DNA of 64,000 nt from Octopus sinensis. Its lineage: Eukaryota. The translations under genes were made by a program, and so were the position numbers. Below the pieces are notes generated by a model. That model was not told the DNA's origin. It made no database searches and was given only the letters and a program-made list of their open reading frames with translations. Location of the stretch: positions 7,254,001 to 7,318,000 of the forward strand of contig NC_043015.1 of assembly GCF_006345805.1 (NCBI RefSeq), in the 5' to 3' direction. The stretch's first letter is position 1; the number at the start of each line of letters is the position of its first letter. Of the stretch, positions 39,951 to 54,309 are shown piece by piece.

Positions 39951-41064
39951 TGTAATCATTTGAAATCCCACGCAACCGAAATTGATTTTCAGAATTTACG
40001 AACAGGATTAAATAAAATACAATAAATATATTGGATACATTAATTCGACTGTACACTTCTTCCTGTACAGAGTTTGGCCATGTGCCTAGATCCTGTTCAC
40101 ATCAAAAACAAAATCAATATTTCCTATTAACTCGTTGATAACAAGCTTTCAAATTTACAATAGTGAAATTATTTACATCACATTAACGTAGCCACAATAC
40201 CTGTCCACTTAAAATAATTTCTTTATTGGCAGCGCGATGCAAGATTAATATATTTATGTATGTGTTAACGGTATAACTGATGGTAACACTTATTGCTTTG
40301 AATGTGTTGCATTACAGGCAAGCTGATTGCCAATTAAAATAGATATAAGCTGTCATTTATATTGCCGTTCAAGTTAACTGTATGTATAATGTAGTTTAGA
40401 CTTTAAAGAAACTAACGCTGTCTATTGAATTTCCATGTTAATCTTATAATTAAAGGTTATTCGTTTAATATATACATATAAACATCTCTATTAAGAATGC
40501 ATTCATTGAAATAGTTTTCTTCAAGTTACCAAGGGATAAAAAATACTGACTTGATTCTAATACATTGAAATATGGTATGCATTAAACTCACTTCAATAGC
40601 AAACATATTCAACTCTAGAAAAAAAAAAGAAAATCCCAGAAAGAAACTGTGCCGATTGAACCAATAATAACTTCTTTTGGAGCACGTGACAGTTTAAAAT
40701 CTAAATGTAACATTTATTGATTTTTTTCTTGCAAGACTAATGTAATCAACAGAAGAAGAACAGTCAATCAAACTCAACAATGAAGATATTAATTTAATCT
40801 CTTATATAGGACAAAATGTCTCAGAGATGCATTGGGTGGGAAGACATTTCTGCAATGTTCAAGTATTTTCTCAAGAGAATTAGATGCATAAATGAATTTT
40901 TAAAATTCGAAGCTGACTGGTGGACTCGACTGATTAGGCGGTTAACTCCTTCTCTGTGACTTACTTTACAGTACAATAATATATTCGTATTATTCATTAA
41001 TTTCCTAGCTATTTCTTTACAATGGTTAGCATTAGTTTTTCCATATGAACTTGAAGAATATTTT
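39951..41064 (-). CDS. Cluster of three candidate exons (41064-40965, 40614-40592, 40092-39951)
   Basis: Donors AAA|GTAAGT, GAA|GTGAGT and ACA|GTAAGC; two strong polypyrimidine acceptors; joined reading MFAIE/DLGTWPNSVQEEVYSRINVSNIFIVFYLILFVNSENQFRLRGISNDY. Confidence 0.3.
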
Positions 41065-41318
41065 CTAGAAGATATAAATAAAGAATTGCTCAATGTCAGA
41101 TTCCATAAGTTCTCAAATGGTCGTATGTTTGTGTTCAAAGATATTAATTATTTATGATTGAGGCATAATTCTAGTAATTTTGAGGGAAAGGATTAGCTGA
41201 TACCATTAATCCTACACTAAGCAAAGGTGACTTCAACGGAATTTGAATGCAGCATCTAAAAACCGCACTTTGCTGGCTCACCAGTAAAATAATAATAATA
41301 ATAATAATAATGATAACT

Positions 41319-41839
41319 GCCCTGATGCAGTAACAGACAGTGGCTCTCATGCCTTCTGATCTCAACTAATTGGAAGTGTTGTCGTGTACATTGATTTGTC
41401 TTGGTATAAAAGATGGGCTACAGCAAATATTCTGCTCAATACCACAGATTTGTTTGTCAGTTGTTTGACCTTGACCAGTTGAGCATGTCCCTTAGTGGCT
41501 GATGATATGTACATCTCTGATCACGAGCAGAAGTAGTGAATGAGCATCATAGCCATGATTCTTTGGAAACGTGGGTGTTTCGTTCAACATCCTTAAACAA
41601 CCCTTATTCAGGAATCTTTTGAGCAGGATGGGTTACTCGACCAGATGAAAATTTTAACTGGGCCCCACCTGCAAGGTCATGTGCGCTTTATTTTGATATG
41701 AGATCACCATGTCACGCACACATGTTTGTGATGTATGTGCCTAGTGTACCCTTATCAGATGGGTTATCAAGATGGGCATACTGGGCTTCGTATATTTTAC
41801 CCCAGTGTCACTTTGATGGCATGCACTGCTCTCGCACTC
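41319..41839 (+). mobile_element. ~520-540-bp AAT-flanked element (second copy)
   Basis: Homologous to 17653-18202; (AAT)n on both sides. Confidence 0.85.
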
Positions 41840-41864
41840 AATAATAATAATAATAATAATATTT

Positions 41865-42305
41865 TCTGCTTTCGGCACAGTGCCTGAATTTTTTGGGAAA
41901 GGGACCAGTCGCTTACAACTACCTTAGTACGCAACTGGTACATAATTTATCGATCTCGAAACAATAAAAGGCAAAGTCGGCCTCAGCGGAATTTTAGATC
42001 TGAACAGAGCGACGGACGAAATGCTGCTAAGCGTTTAGCCTGGCGTGCAAAAGATTCTGCCAGCTCGCCACCTTACTACTACTACTACTACTAATAATAA
42101 TAATAATAATAATAGTCCTGTCTACTAAAGGCACAAGGCCTGAAATTTAGTGGGAGGGGACTAGTCGATTACTTCGACCTCAGTGTTTCACTGGTTCTTA
42201 ACTTATCCGCATCGAAATGATGAAAGGCAAAGTCGACTTCCACAGAATTTGAACTAAAAAAATACAGACGGACGAAATACTGCTAAACAATTTTTTCGAT
42301 GGCGA
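41865..42305 (-). mobile_element. Two SINE family A short-tail copies (another fragment at ~42640-42790)
   Basis: GGCACA(A/G)..CCTGAA tail plus reversed GACTTTGCCTTT core and CTGCCAGCTCGCC head. Confidence 0.8.
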
Positions 42306-42406
42306 ATATTTTTGTCACCCCACCGTCTTTTTGATGATGACGACGATGATGTTGATGATGATGAGGAGGATAATAATGATAATAATAACAACAACAACAA
42401 CAACAA

Positions 42407-42461
<55 letters not shown>

Positions 42462-42510
42462 GCTACTACTACTACTACTAATAATAATAGTAATAATAAT
42501 AATAATAATA

Positions 42511-42593
42511 CAGACTGGTAGTCATGATAGGTATTTTGGGCTTTGTATATTTTACCCCAGCGTCACTTTGATGGCATGCACGCTCTCTCACTC
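42511..42593 (+). mobile_element. 5'-truncated copy of the AAT-flanked element
   Basis: TATATTTTACCCCAGCGTCACTTTGATGGCATGCACGCTCTCTCACTC(AAT)n, preceded by (AAT)n. Confidence 0.85.
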
Positions 42594-42638
<45 letters not shown>

Positions 42639-42867
42639 TCTTTCTGCAATAGGTATAACCATTGAAATGTTAGAGGAAGGTGTTAGATGATTACATCGAT
42701 CCCAGTACGTAACTGGTACTTATTCTATCGACTCAGGTTTGAATGGCAAAAGTGAATACAGCTGGATTTAACCCCAGAATGTATACAAAAATAATAGATA
42801 TTACAAATCATAATTTTTTTTGTTTCTTTTACTTTTTTTCATTTGAAACTATAATGATTCTAAACTG

Positions 42868-43290
42868 CGTTGTCAGCCAACTTTTTGTGGACTTGAAGCA
42901 ACTGGAAAGATCTAATAAACATAATCCGTATGCTGTCATAGCGAACGATAATTGCAGGACTTTATGGGCTTTGTCGATCAAGACAACTGACGCTGCTAGC
43001 ACTGATATGATTGTGGAAAATATAAAGGTTAAACAGGGTAATATCTTTGTTCTTTTTTCCCTCTCACTGCTGTTTGATATAGAGTAACCAGCAACTGAGA
43101 AAGTTGAGGAATATCAGGACGTTATCAGGGATATGAAAATATATTTGGCTGAAAGGGTGAAAATTGTCCTTGTGGAAATTAGTACCCTCGACTGTTTATT
43201 GTTTGTCTAAGAGGTTGAAGATTATTGGAATTGAGTTTCGTATTGTCAATGTGAGACAAAGAAATCTCGTGCATTCTATTAGAATGCGGA
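42868..43290 (+). mobile_element. Decayed RLE endonuclease region of an R4/Dong-like LINE
   Basis: KHNPYAVIANDNCRTLWALSIK and EKVEEYQDVIRDMKIYLAERVKIVLVEISTL resemble the H-x-P...LWDF...PD..D..EK..KY..L RLE region. Confidence 0.65.
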
Positions 43291-44264
43291 GAAAAATTCT
43301 TGCGATCTGAGATTTGTGTCGCCAAAATGTGGTGAAGATAGGTGAGGAGAAGTGTTACAAGAAGGAAGAATACAGTTAGTAGTAGAAGAAAAAAAGAACA
43401 AGACGATAGAGAGGAGGAGCGTGAAACTGAAGTGAAATTTTTAATTATATGCCATCATTAAGACAAAGCAAAAAAGCAAAATACACGATTTGTTATCTTC
43501 CTGTGTAATCATAATTATGATGACGTTAAATATCACATGTAATGACACTTTGCTAAGAGAGTGATATGCTACAAGTTTTCTGTTTTTTAATCTTGAGGTG
43601 AAAAGGTGAATGTTATTGTTTTTTCCTTGATGTTTTTAGTCATTCGGATTTTAGGTTTTTTTTTGTTGTTTTCGTTTATGTTTCCTTTATGATCGAATGA
43701 TTTTAAATTTAAAATTGTGGACGTTATACGTTCACAGTTCTCCGATCATGTAAAACTTGCAACAAAAGCTGATCAGAATCAGACGAAATCTAAGCAGACT
43801 TCTATACCACATTGCTGTTCAAAGATTTTCAACTAATGTCTAATTTATCATCTTAAAATTCAAGAAAAAATTGTAATACTGTATAAATGTGAAATTAAAA
43901 CTAGTAGTAAAAAAACAACATGAATAAAACCTTCCAATACTGGTGACATTTAACTTGTCACAAAATCAATTTTACTGACTCGGGTGAATGAGAGTGAAAT
44001 CTAAAAAATTAACCTGGCGCTTTGACGGTAACTCAGAACGTAGTGTGTGGGAAATAAATTATGTCATTTATTTTCGTGCACAGATTTTTCTGTGAACTAG
44101 ATCCACTTGAAAAATCTGATGTTGCTTTCTTCTTAATTAGAAACAAGCAATGAAAAGAAAATAGACATATCTACGTAGTCATCACAAGACTGAAAGGATA
44201 TAGCAGTCAAATTTTCCTCAACCACCACCCTGCGCAATGAAATGTATCTTCTATTTTTTTTCTT

Positions 44265-44564
44265 TTTTATCTTTTACTTGTTTCACTCATTAGGCTGCAG
44301 CCACAATAGGCTATCGGCTTGAGGAATTTTAGACAAATAAAATGATCCCAGTATCTCATGATTTTTAAGCCAGGTATTTGTTCTATCCGGTTTCTTTTAC
44401 TGAACCGCGAGATAACAGGGATGTCAACACACCAACACCACGTTTCAAGTGTTGGTTGATGACAAAGACAGACAAAAAGATACAATCACACACACGCAGA
44501 AACACACACACACACACATGTGTATAATATATATATATATATCTATATATATATATATAATATA

Positions 44565-44603
<39 letters not shown>

Positions 44604-45024
44604 ATATGTATATATAAGGGCGGCGAGCTGGAAGAATCCTTAGCACGCTGGGAAAATGGTTAGCGGTATTTCGTCTGCCGTTTGTTCTGAGTTCAAATTC
44701 CGCCGAGGTTGAATTTGCCTTTCATCCTTTCGGGGTCGATTAAATAAGTACCATTTACGCACTGGGTTCGATGTAATCGACTTCATCTGTTTGTCTGTCC
44801 TTGTTTGTCCTCTCTGTGTTTAGCCCCTTATGGGTAGTTAAGAAATAGGTATTTCGTCTGCCGTTACGTTCTGAGTTCAAATTCCGTCGAGGTTGAATTT
44901 GCCTTTCATCTTTTCGGGGTCGATTAAATAAGTACCAGTTACGCACTGGAGTCGATGTAATCGACTTAATCCCTTTGTCTATCCTTGCTTATCCCCTCTG
45001 TGTTTATCCCCTTGTGGGCAATAA

Positions 45025-45106
<82 letters not shown>

Positions 45107-45300
45107 GACTAGAAAAAGGAAGACAAATGGGTCTTATGACTTCTCTTTCAGTTTCTGTCTACCAAATCCAGTCACAAGGTTTTGATCGACTCGGGGCTAT
45201 AGTAGAAGATACTTGCCCAATGTGCCACGCATTGAGACTGAGCCCCGCAAGCATATGGTCAGGAAGGACGCTTCTTATCACTCATCCACTCCTGCGCCTA
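44265..45300 (-). mobile_element. SINE family B interrupted at its internal microsatellite
   Basis: Tail 44265-44510 and head 45135-45300 flank a family A insertion. Confidence 0.8.
44618..45027 (+). mobile_element. SINE family A with tandem duplication of its 3' two-thirds
   Basis: Unit restarts at GGTATTTCGTCTGCCGTTACG (~44848); flanked by (TA)n on both sides. Confidence 0.9.
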
Positions 45301-46179
45301 TAGATAATGTATATTCAGGTATAGACAACCTCTTGATATAAAACTTGTCTATCGTGACTACATTATCATTCATCATCTCGTGAACGCCATGAAGAATAAA
45401 AAGGACACAAAAAATATTTTAAAATGCGAAATCCGTTTAGCGTTTTTTAATGAGACGAATCGAAAATGTATGTTAAAGTATCGTTTTGCCATGAAGATCA
45501 CCTCCAGGTTACAGTCGTTTAGGAAAAGTGTTAGTATGTTCTAAATACTAAATGCATATTATTTCTTAGATATTGCAATTAAAATTCCGTAATACTATAT
45601 TGTTCCTTTTACAATTTACATTTAATTTCTAAATTTCTATTTTAAAAAATAAGCAAATTCAAGTAAAATATTTTTAAAAAAACAGTAATGTGCATTCATT
45701 TATTTTATACCACTATTAATAACTCATAAAAACCGATAATGGTTTTGTATGATCAGCGAATATATTAAGAGGTATGCTAATTTTTGTCTTTGAGTGAACA
45801 ATAAGACGGAAATTTATTTCTAATAGTTCCTGATAATGTATTTCAGATCGAGAGCTGAACTACTGCCGTCATTCTATCATTTGAACATTTCGCTGACACC
45901 TGCTGTGTGGGTCTGGTTTTATTCATTTATTTATTTTCCAGCGATTTCAAGTCATGCTTTATAGATTAATCTTTTCGCGATAGCATAGCAAAACAGCATG
46001 GTTTTATGATGACAGAACACCGAAAGAAAGTATAAATTATATTTAAAAAAAAATAATACATAAAATATATAACATGTAACATTTACACACAGACATATAT
46101 GTATATATATGTGTGTGTGTGTGGTATTTATGCGCGTGGGTGTGTGTGTGCGCGTGTGTCTGTGAGGGTATGTGCGCGT

Positions 46180-46246
46180 ATATGTATATGCATTATATAC
46201 ATATACGCACATACATAAGTTCATACATACATTTACATCTCTCTCT

Positions 46247-46288
<42 letters not shown>

Positions 46289-46820
46289 ATATATACATAC
46301 CTATACATATACATACCTATACATATATATATATATATACATATACACATTTACATATACACATATACAAATACATATATACATATACATATATACACAT
46401 ATATGTATATATATTATACATATATATATATATAACACATATATACATACACACATATATACACATATATATCTATACACATATATATATGTATATACAT
46501 ATATATATATATATATATATACATACACCACATATATACACATATATATCTATACACATATATATATATACACATATATATATACACATATATAATATAC
46601 ACATTATATATACACACATATATATACACATATATAATACACATAATATATATATTATAATATATATATATACATAATATATATACACATATATATATAC
46701 ACATATATATATATACATATATATATATATACATATATATATAACACATATATATATATACATATATAATAACCAATATATATATTACATATATATATAT
46801 ATACACACACAATATTATAT
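46180..46820. repeat. Long (TA)n/(CA)n compound microsatellite
   Basis: Direct inspection; similar tracts at 52270-53270 and elsewhere. Confidence 0.95.
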
Positions 46821-48160
46821 ACATACATACACACGTCTATACACACGTACATACACACAGGCACGTGAGATAAAATGAAGGACATGATCGACGTTGCGTC
46901 TTTGTCGATATTATACGGTGTGTCGCCTTTAAGAATATCGTACATACTTATATTATTATTATAAAACATAAATTGTGTTGTATCAAAGTGCTATGGTCTG
47001 GAGGAATACCTAAAGCTTCTGCCAAAGTCAGTCAAAGCGCAAAAGAGACGGTTGAACACACCCTTCATTGATTTGTTTGTCCTTTTCTACTTTTACTCCA
47101 TTGAATCTTGCCAAAGCAGAAAAGCACTAATCTACTCATATTCTAAGTGATTATATCCCATTATTAGTATTACCTTCACGTCACCATCTCTTTGCACTGT
47201 ATCAAAGGCATACTGTTAATTGTATGTAAAGCCGTTGCGTTTCAAGAATGAGTGTTCGCTGAGTTAGAAAACAATCCAGCAGTATTAAGCGATATGTTAA
47301 GTGTGCATATATAGAGTAAATGAGTAAATTCACGCCGGGCTTTGAAATGAGACTATCGATAGATTCTTCAGTGAATCAAGATGAAAGAAATCTTTGATCA
47401 GAATCAATGCGTAACTAGATGCGTATCACAATATTCTCAAACATGTTGGTAGAAATCTATTAAATGCCAAGATTGTGAGATCAAAGTTGGTGTAAATTAG
47501 TAAAGTTATAGAAATTTATTCATCTCTAAGAACATAATTCACCACTCTACAAACACACCGGTGCAGATACGCATATATATATATATATATAATCCTTATT
47601 GTATACATAGTCGCTACACAAACATCCGAAGTTTTTAGATACACAACATGCACATTAAGCACACTCCTAGAAATTCCTGAAAGAAAAAACAATTGCTATT
47701 TACATACCTATACAGACTTCCAACGACCTCCCAGATGCATATGTATATATATTATATATATACGTACGCATGTACATGTGTATGTATATACATATACAAA
47801 CAGACATACATGTATGTATATATTTGTATATCTGTATGTAGGTATACATACACACACACACATATATATATATATGCGTACGTATGTATATGTATATACA
47901 CACTCATGGAGTGATTTATAATTTTAATATAACACACACATAAACATGCATACACATATATATGTATATATGTGTATATTTTTACATATGTTTGTATTGT
48001 AATAATGTTAACTACAGAATAATATATCATGATATGCTCCGATCTATAGCGACATTTACCTAGACGATTCATTGAAAAACTTATGAGCTAACCCACCCCA
48101 GAATCGCATCCATATAGTCGCTCTTTCTCCGTACCTACAAATCCTTCGGGCTTGTTTACA

Positions 48161-48216
<56 letters not shown>

Positions 48217-49353
48217 AAAAATTAGATTCAGATGAAAAGGTTATTAAGTTGAGGCACCAGAATTTAATATGGTAATTATTCATACAATTTGAAATAAGGT
48301 GATTAACATTTTAATATATCTCTACGTAGTTTGATTAATTGAATTACATGCACATGTTTACTGAATATCAAAATTCCCATTTGTTCTGCAGAGTGGTTAG
48401 CCAAATTTCCTAGTAAGTCGGAAACTTTCTTAATGTCATCTGTTAGAGTTTCCTTGGGATTAGAATATATATCTCAAGACACCTATCACTGCGCACTATC
48501 AATTCGTCGGGGTACCGAAATGCGTAGACGAAATAGAAGAATATTTGTTCGCAACCATGTAGTTAAAATCTACTAGCTGATTGAATGGAACCACAAACCA
48601 TACAGAATGGACTGTATATGAATTCTACTAGAGCAGAATTAGGGGAACATTTTAATTAGTTACCCCAGAATATATTTAATTACGCCGACGTTACCCCCTT
48701 GATTTGAAAAGAAGAAAATAATAGATTTTTTGAATTCAAAAGGTTTATTGAATGTGTTTACTTCATTGAATCTGTTTATAGGAATCTATTTACACGTCCA
48801 TTACTTTGAACATATGAAGTGTTGCCAGAAGAAAAATTTCTGTCGTAAAAAGGAAAGCGTTTTTTTCTTATATAATTTTACTTATGTCTAATAAATATAT
48901 ATTATTCCCAAGAATTTCCTTTTTACCCCATTTAGAGTAATTTATCCCGGTTCGCCGACCACTGTACTAGAGGACTACATTTCTTGTACATGACTTTATA
49001 ATATGGTTTTCCTCTTACAAATATTAAAACAGTAAGTGATTTAAAGATATTCAATTTTTAATAATAATTATTTAACAGGCGACTGTCTTACGAATAATAT
49101 AGACAGTATGGCTTCCATGATAACATAAATTTTGTTTTAGCAGACGACAATTTATTGCAATTAAGATTATAGTCTAAGGTATTAATAATTAAAATAATTA
49201 TTTCAATCAAAACATCAGAAATTTTATCACCGTTATTTCATCGACCATTACTTTTACCGATGAAGCCTCAACCATCATTGCTACTCTTCCCTGTATATCA
49301 TGTTTGTGTATGTTTTCGTGTGATTATGTCTGTAGCATTTCCTCTACTCTCTT

Positions 49354-49430
49354 TTCTTCTGATCTCACGGTTACATCATTTCTTCTGATCTCACGGTTAC
49401 ATCTTTTCTTCTGATCTCACGGTTACATCC
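49354..49430 (+). repeat. Tandem triplication of TTTCTTCTGATCTCACGGTTACATC
   Basis: Three near-identical ~26-bp units. Confidence 0.9.
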
Positions 49431-50503
49431 TTCATTGAAATTCACTTCCTTCTGTCTGTCTCTCTGCTTTCGCCTCTTCCGAAAACTAAATATCTAGTCG
49501 TCATTTAACATAATTGTGTTTTCCTAGTTTCCTATCTCTTACCGCTATTATATTCCTTTTTCACTGTTCCTGTAGTTTTTGTTTTCTTCTTCCTATATCT
49601 GTCGCTCTCCCTAAAGCAAGCATTTCACAATGTAACATAAGGACACTAGCATATCAGTACAGACGTCAGTATTTATGCTTGTGTATGTGTAAACAACTGG
49701 TTGAATTACCGTGTTCAATCTTCTGACTCCATACATTATGAATAGTACAAAATATACTGAGAAATAAATTGAAGGAAAAAATAATTGAAAGGAAAATCTA
49801 TGCTAGATAAATGTCAAAATAAACACTACTCTAACGTTAACAATCTATGTGTCTTCGGTAGTTTATTATACAAATTAATATCTCGGAGGAATAAATCGTA
49901 AGCTTACTTATGACATACCAAGTCCAACAGTATGTTCATCGGGGTTACACATCAGTATCTGTTTTTGACTTTATCCATTAAACCGCCGCAATACCTAACA
50001 CAGAATGTTTTAGAAAGATTCAAAGGTCAAAATATAAATTTTTCTCTCACATTTAGACATGAATTAGTGCTCCTACACTAGAAAAAAAAATCGATATTGT
50101 TCGTTTGTAATACGGTGAGTAATATGGAACAAAATATAACTTACTCGAAAGTCAACATAACGCAATATATGTTTAATTATACTAGTAGAATTTTTTTTTT
50201 CAAGTAAAAAGCATTAACGTCACAATATATCATGACTACCATATTCTGAAAAAAGAGAAAAAAATGAACCATTATTGTTTTTTTTACAAAATAATGTTAA
50301 GATTCGATCTTAACGTATTCTGAGTGGTTCGAAAAGCATACATACGAAAATGACTTATAAGACAGCAAGGTTGGCAAGGTCTCTCAAGTTTCTATACGCA
50401 CACAAACGCATACACATTATATATATGAGCGCCATACTAATACAATTGTTCGTTTGTTTTCCACCTGCCTTCGTCTTTTGTTTATTTTCATAAAGCTTCC
50501 CGT

Positions 50504-50545
<42 letters not shown>

Positions 50546-50624
50546 TATATAATATATAGAGAGAGAGAGGAGAGTTAGAGAACGAGAGAGACAGAGAGCT
50601 TGCGATGTGTAAATTGTCACCATA

Positions 50625-51087
50625 TTTTTTTTATTTCGCGCATGCGCATTGTTTCTTTTTTATTTTGTCTACTACACAATATAGGCACCGTCTGTGAGAA
50701 AAACATCACCATGACGCAATTCACTCTGCCATAAATTTGGAAAGGACATGTTGTACTGCTTAGCATTCACGCCGGAAGCTCCAATACGAACATTTCACTG
50801 TGTTTCGATGTCAATCTGAGTGATAAAAAATCAAGCATCATGGTATTTGCAGTGATTACTAGTGATGGCGACTTTAAGATTCCATGCATTTTCCTACACG
50901 ACCTCAGACTCTACAGGGCGGCCTACATCAAGTGTCTGGAGGAAGTAGTGCTGCTCTGGTTCAAGGGAGTGGCTACTTGAAGATCCTTTGTTTGACAACA
51001 GAACTCTACACCATGCCACATAAGCAGAGGAAGCCAGTCATGGCTGACAGAGAAGTTCTGCGACCACATCACCCCTAACATCTGACC
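50625..51087 (+). mobile_element. Internally deleted Tc1/mariner-superfamily (DD37D/maT-like) fragment
   Basis: MTQFTLP...SNTNISLCFDVNL joined to KSSIMVFAVITSDGD...YIKCLEEVVLLWFKGVAT...QQNSTPCH...FCDHITPNI. Subfamily label is from recall. Confidence 0.75.
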
Positions 51088-51830
51088 ACGTAAAATCACT
51101 AGAGAAATAGCAAAAGAACTTCAAGTTAACCAGAAAACTGCCTGCAACCATTTGCATATAAGCTCGATACATGGGTACCACTCGATTTGAATGAAAATCA
51201 GAATATGTGCAGATATAAAACTTGCCTCTCGCTTCTTCTCCGTTACCAGACTAATCCATTTCTCGACTTTTGATGAAAAGTGTATCCTACACAATAATAA
51301 AATACGTTCTTCACGGTGGCTGGACTAAAATGAAGCACCAAAACCTTCCCTGAATTATAGTGATTGTTTGGTGGTATACTGTTGGGATCATCTCCTATAA
51401 CTTCTTAAAACCGGAAAAACCATTACTGCAGAAACATATTGTCATGAAATTGCCAAAATGAACGAAAAACCGTTACCCCTACGTCCCAATCTGGGCAACA
51501 GAGGAGGGACAAACATTCTTCATGACAATGCTCGACCACACCACATTTCCCTAATGACTATCTAGAAGTTGAGGGAACTTGTCTACGAATTTCTTCCCCA
51601 CTCAACTTATTCCTCTGACCATTCTCCTATTGATTACCACTTTTTTAAGCACCTTGGCGGTTTCCTGCGAGAGGAGGTGTTCAAAAATCAAACCAATGAA
51701 GTAAGTGCGTTAGAATAGTTCATAAGCTCCAAAACTCTAGATTTTTATGTTACCAGAATAAAAGAAATTCTAACTCAATGGCAAAAATGCATTGATTGTA
51801 ATGGTAATTTGATGTTTAAAACTTCCGCAT
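51088..51830 (+). mobile_element. Decayed mariner transposase (SETMAR/Hsmar-type DD34D)
   Basis: TREIAKEL, KLDTWVPLDL, FDEKCILHNN, ILHDNARPH, YSSDHSPIDYHFFKHL and WQKCIDCNG. Confidence 0.9.
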
Positions 51831-52342
51831 TGTTGAAATATATTTTGATGTATTTCATATTTCAAAAATGTTGCTTAGTTTTTACTCAGCCTGATACACA
51901 AACACACACACATACACTCATACATAGACGTGGGTATTTGTGTGTGCCAACATATAGGCAAGCTTGCATGTGTTGTGGCATTTACACATACACCCTCTCG
52001 CACATATATTAGAGAGACTGAGAGTGAACATAAATGTGTGCGCGCGCGAGTGCGTGTGCAATGCGGAAAGAGGGTACTAAATGTTTTATTTTTATTCGCT
52101 AAATAATACTTGTCATTTTAATTAAAATGTTATGAAGAAAACTATTTTTACTTTATATGTTGATGTTCTATGTATTTCGTTTTTTTTTTAATATGTCTAC
52201 GATTTTTTCTTTACCATCTCCACCAAAGCCGTATACCAAATCTCATTCCACACACACATACATGCCAATATATACATATATACATACATATATATAATAT
52301 ACATATATATAGATATATTTGTTGTGTTTGTGTGTATCTATT

Positions 52343-52397
<55 letters not shown>

Positions 52398-52568
52398 TAT
52401 GTATATGTATTGCATGTACATATACGTGTGTATTTTTGTCTATCGAAATATCAAGTAAAGTTATATTCTGATATGAGTTTGATATTAAATATATTAGTTT
52501 ATATTCACCTTCATCCAGGAACATTATCACACACACAAAATACACAATGAACATTACATACGTATATC

Positions 52569-52600
<32 letters not shown>

Positions 52601-52655
52601 TGTATGCATATATGCATGTATATATATTTTTATATATATATATTATATACATGTA

Positions 52656-52693
<38 letters not shown>

Positions 52694-53093
52694 CATGTAC
52701 ATATATATATGTGTGTGTGTGAGTGTGCGTATTTGTATATATATTTATATATACACATACACATAAACAATGCTTACTCGTGTATGCGACGGTATATCTA
52801 CAAACACACACACGCTCGCGTGCACACAGTCACACATATATGCATAAATGTATAACGTTATAGAATGGAGCGAGTGTAGAGATTTTTTTCCCCATTTAAT
52901 CTGATTGGATTTTATGTTTGTTTTATTTATCAGTTATTTTGAAATTGCCTGATATAAGTTCGTCTAAGATCAAGTTTACAGTGTCTAGATCTTTTTTTCT
53001 GATTAGATGTAGAAAATAAATTATGATCATGTATATATAAGTGTGGTTATATATATATATATATATATATATAATGTATATATATAAGTGTGT

Positions 53094-53143
<50 letters not shown>

Positions 53144-53529
53144 GTATATATGTTTATCTTCCTGTATACATACATATATACATACAAATATATGTATATG
53201 TACATATATATATATGTGTGTATGTGTGTGTGTATTGAAATGTGTATCTCTATCTCTATCTATATCTATATATTGCATTGAGGTGGTTCTCTTTTCAGCT
53301 GATAACACGATTCATAAAAAAAAAACAACAACTATAAATACATAAATAGATAAATAAATAAGTAAATAAATAAACAAATAAAAGAGATTTCAAGTAGGAA
53401 ACATCCATTTATTTATTATCAATTTTTAATCATTCTCTATCACTAAGAAATATATTTGAAAATATTAAACTACAGAGAGCGATGTTGAATTGCTAACACA
53501 TAACTGAATACAGTGAAAGCATACATTAT

Positions 53530-53560
<31 letters not shown>

Positions 53561-53816
53561 CATATATATATAATATAAAACGATGCTTTTCGTCTGACAC
53601 TGATATACAATTGTGCTTTTAGCACCATACGTCTATAAGGAACGCATGTCACAGTGCTGTGTGTTGTGGCTTGCTACTGTAAGACAATGCTATATATACA
53701 TACATACATACACGTATGTATATATATACAGAGAAAAAGAGAGGAGGAGAAAGAAAGACAAAGTCACACACACACACACACACTGTCGCGCATTCACAAG
53801 CACATTCGCACTTGCA

Positions 53817-53848
<32 letters not shown>

Positions 53849-54309
53849 ATAATATATATATATACACAGAGAGAGAGATGGTGAGAATGAGGCACACTTT
53901 TTTTTTTTTTTTACTTCGTTTTCGACGTCCACAATATGCTTATTTGTTGAGGAAAGCGATTTGCGTTTGTGTTGCCTTGGCGAAAATGGTTGCAGTGCTT
54001 TGTAGAAACATGCGCGCAGTTGAAGTATTGCTAATCAATGCCTATGTTTCCGTTTGCTCTATTTCAATCACAGCATTTGGATGGACACGATGCCGTACAC
54101 GTGACCTATTTCTTGCGAAGTGAATTTCTTAGACATGGCAGAACAGTTACTTAACAAACATGGACTTTCTGTATAGATAGATGCGCACGCACAAACGAAC
54201 AAACGCACGTAAACGCGTAGACATGCGTGTATGTATATAAAGTACGTGTGTATGTGTGTTTCTATCTGTATGTTCATGTATACATGCAATTATGACTTTG
54301 GATTATTAC

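Noticed and set aside
41015-41046. MEKLMLTIV resembling KLMLTII at ~1120 as a paralogous signal peptide
   Set aside because: Only a 9-nt shared word, followed by a stop; consistent with chance.
32952-50114. Plus-strand micro-exons 32952-32973, 48392-48412 and 50057-50114
   Set aside because: Good splice signals but no supporting chain or recognisable peptide, and the last has stops in all frames. They show how often such signals arise by chance.
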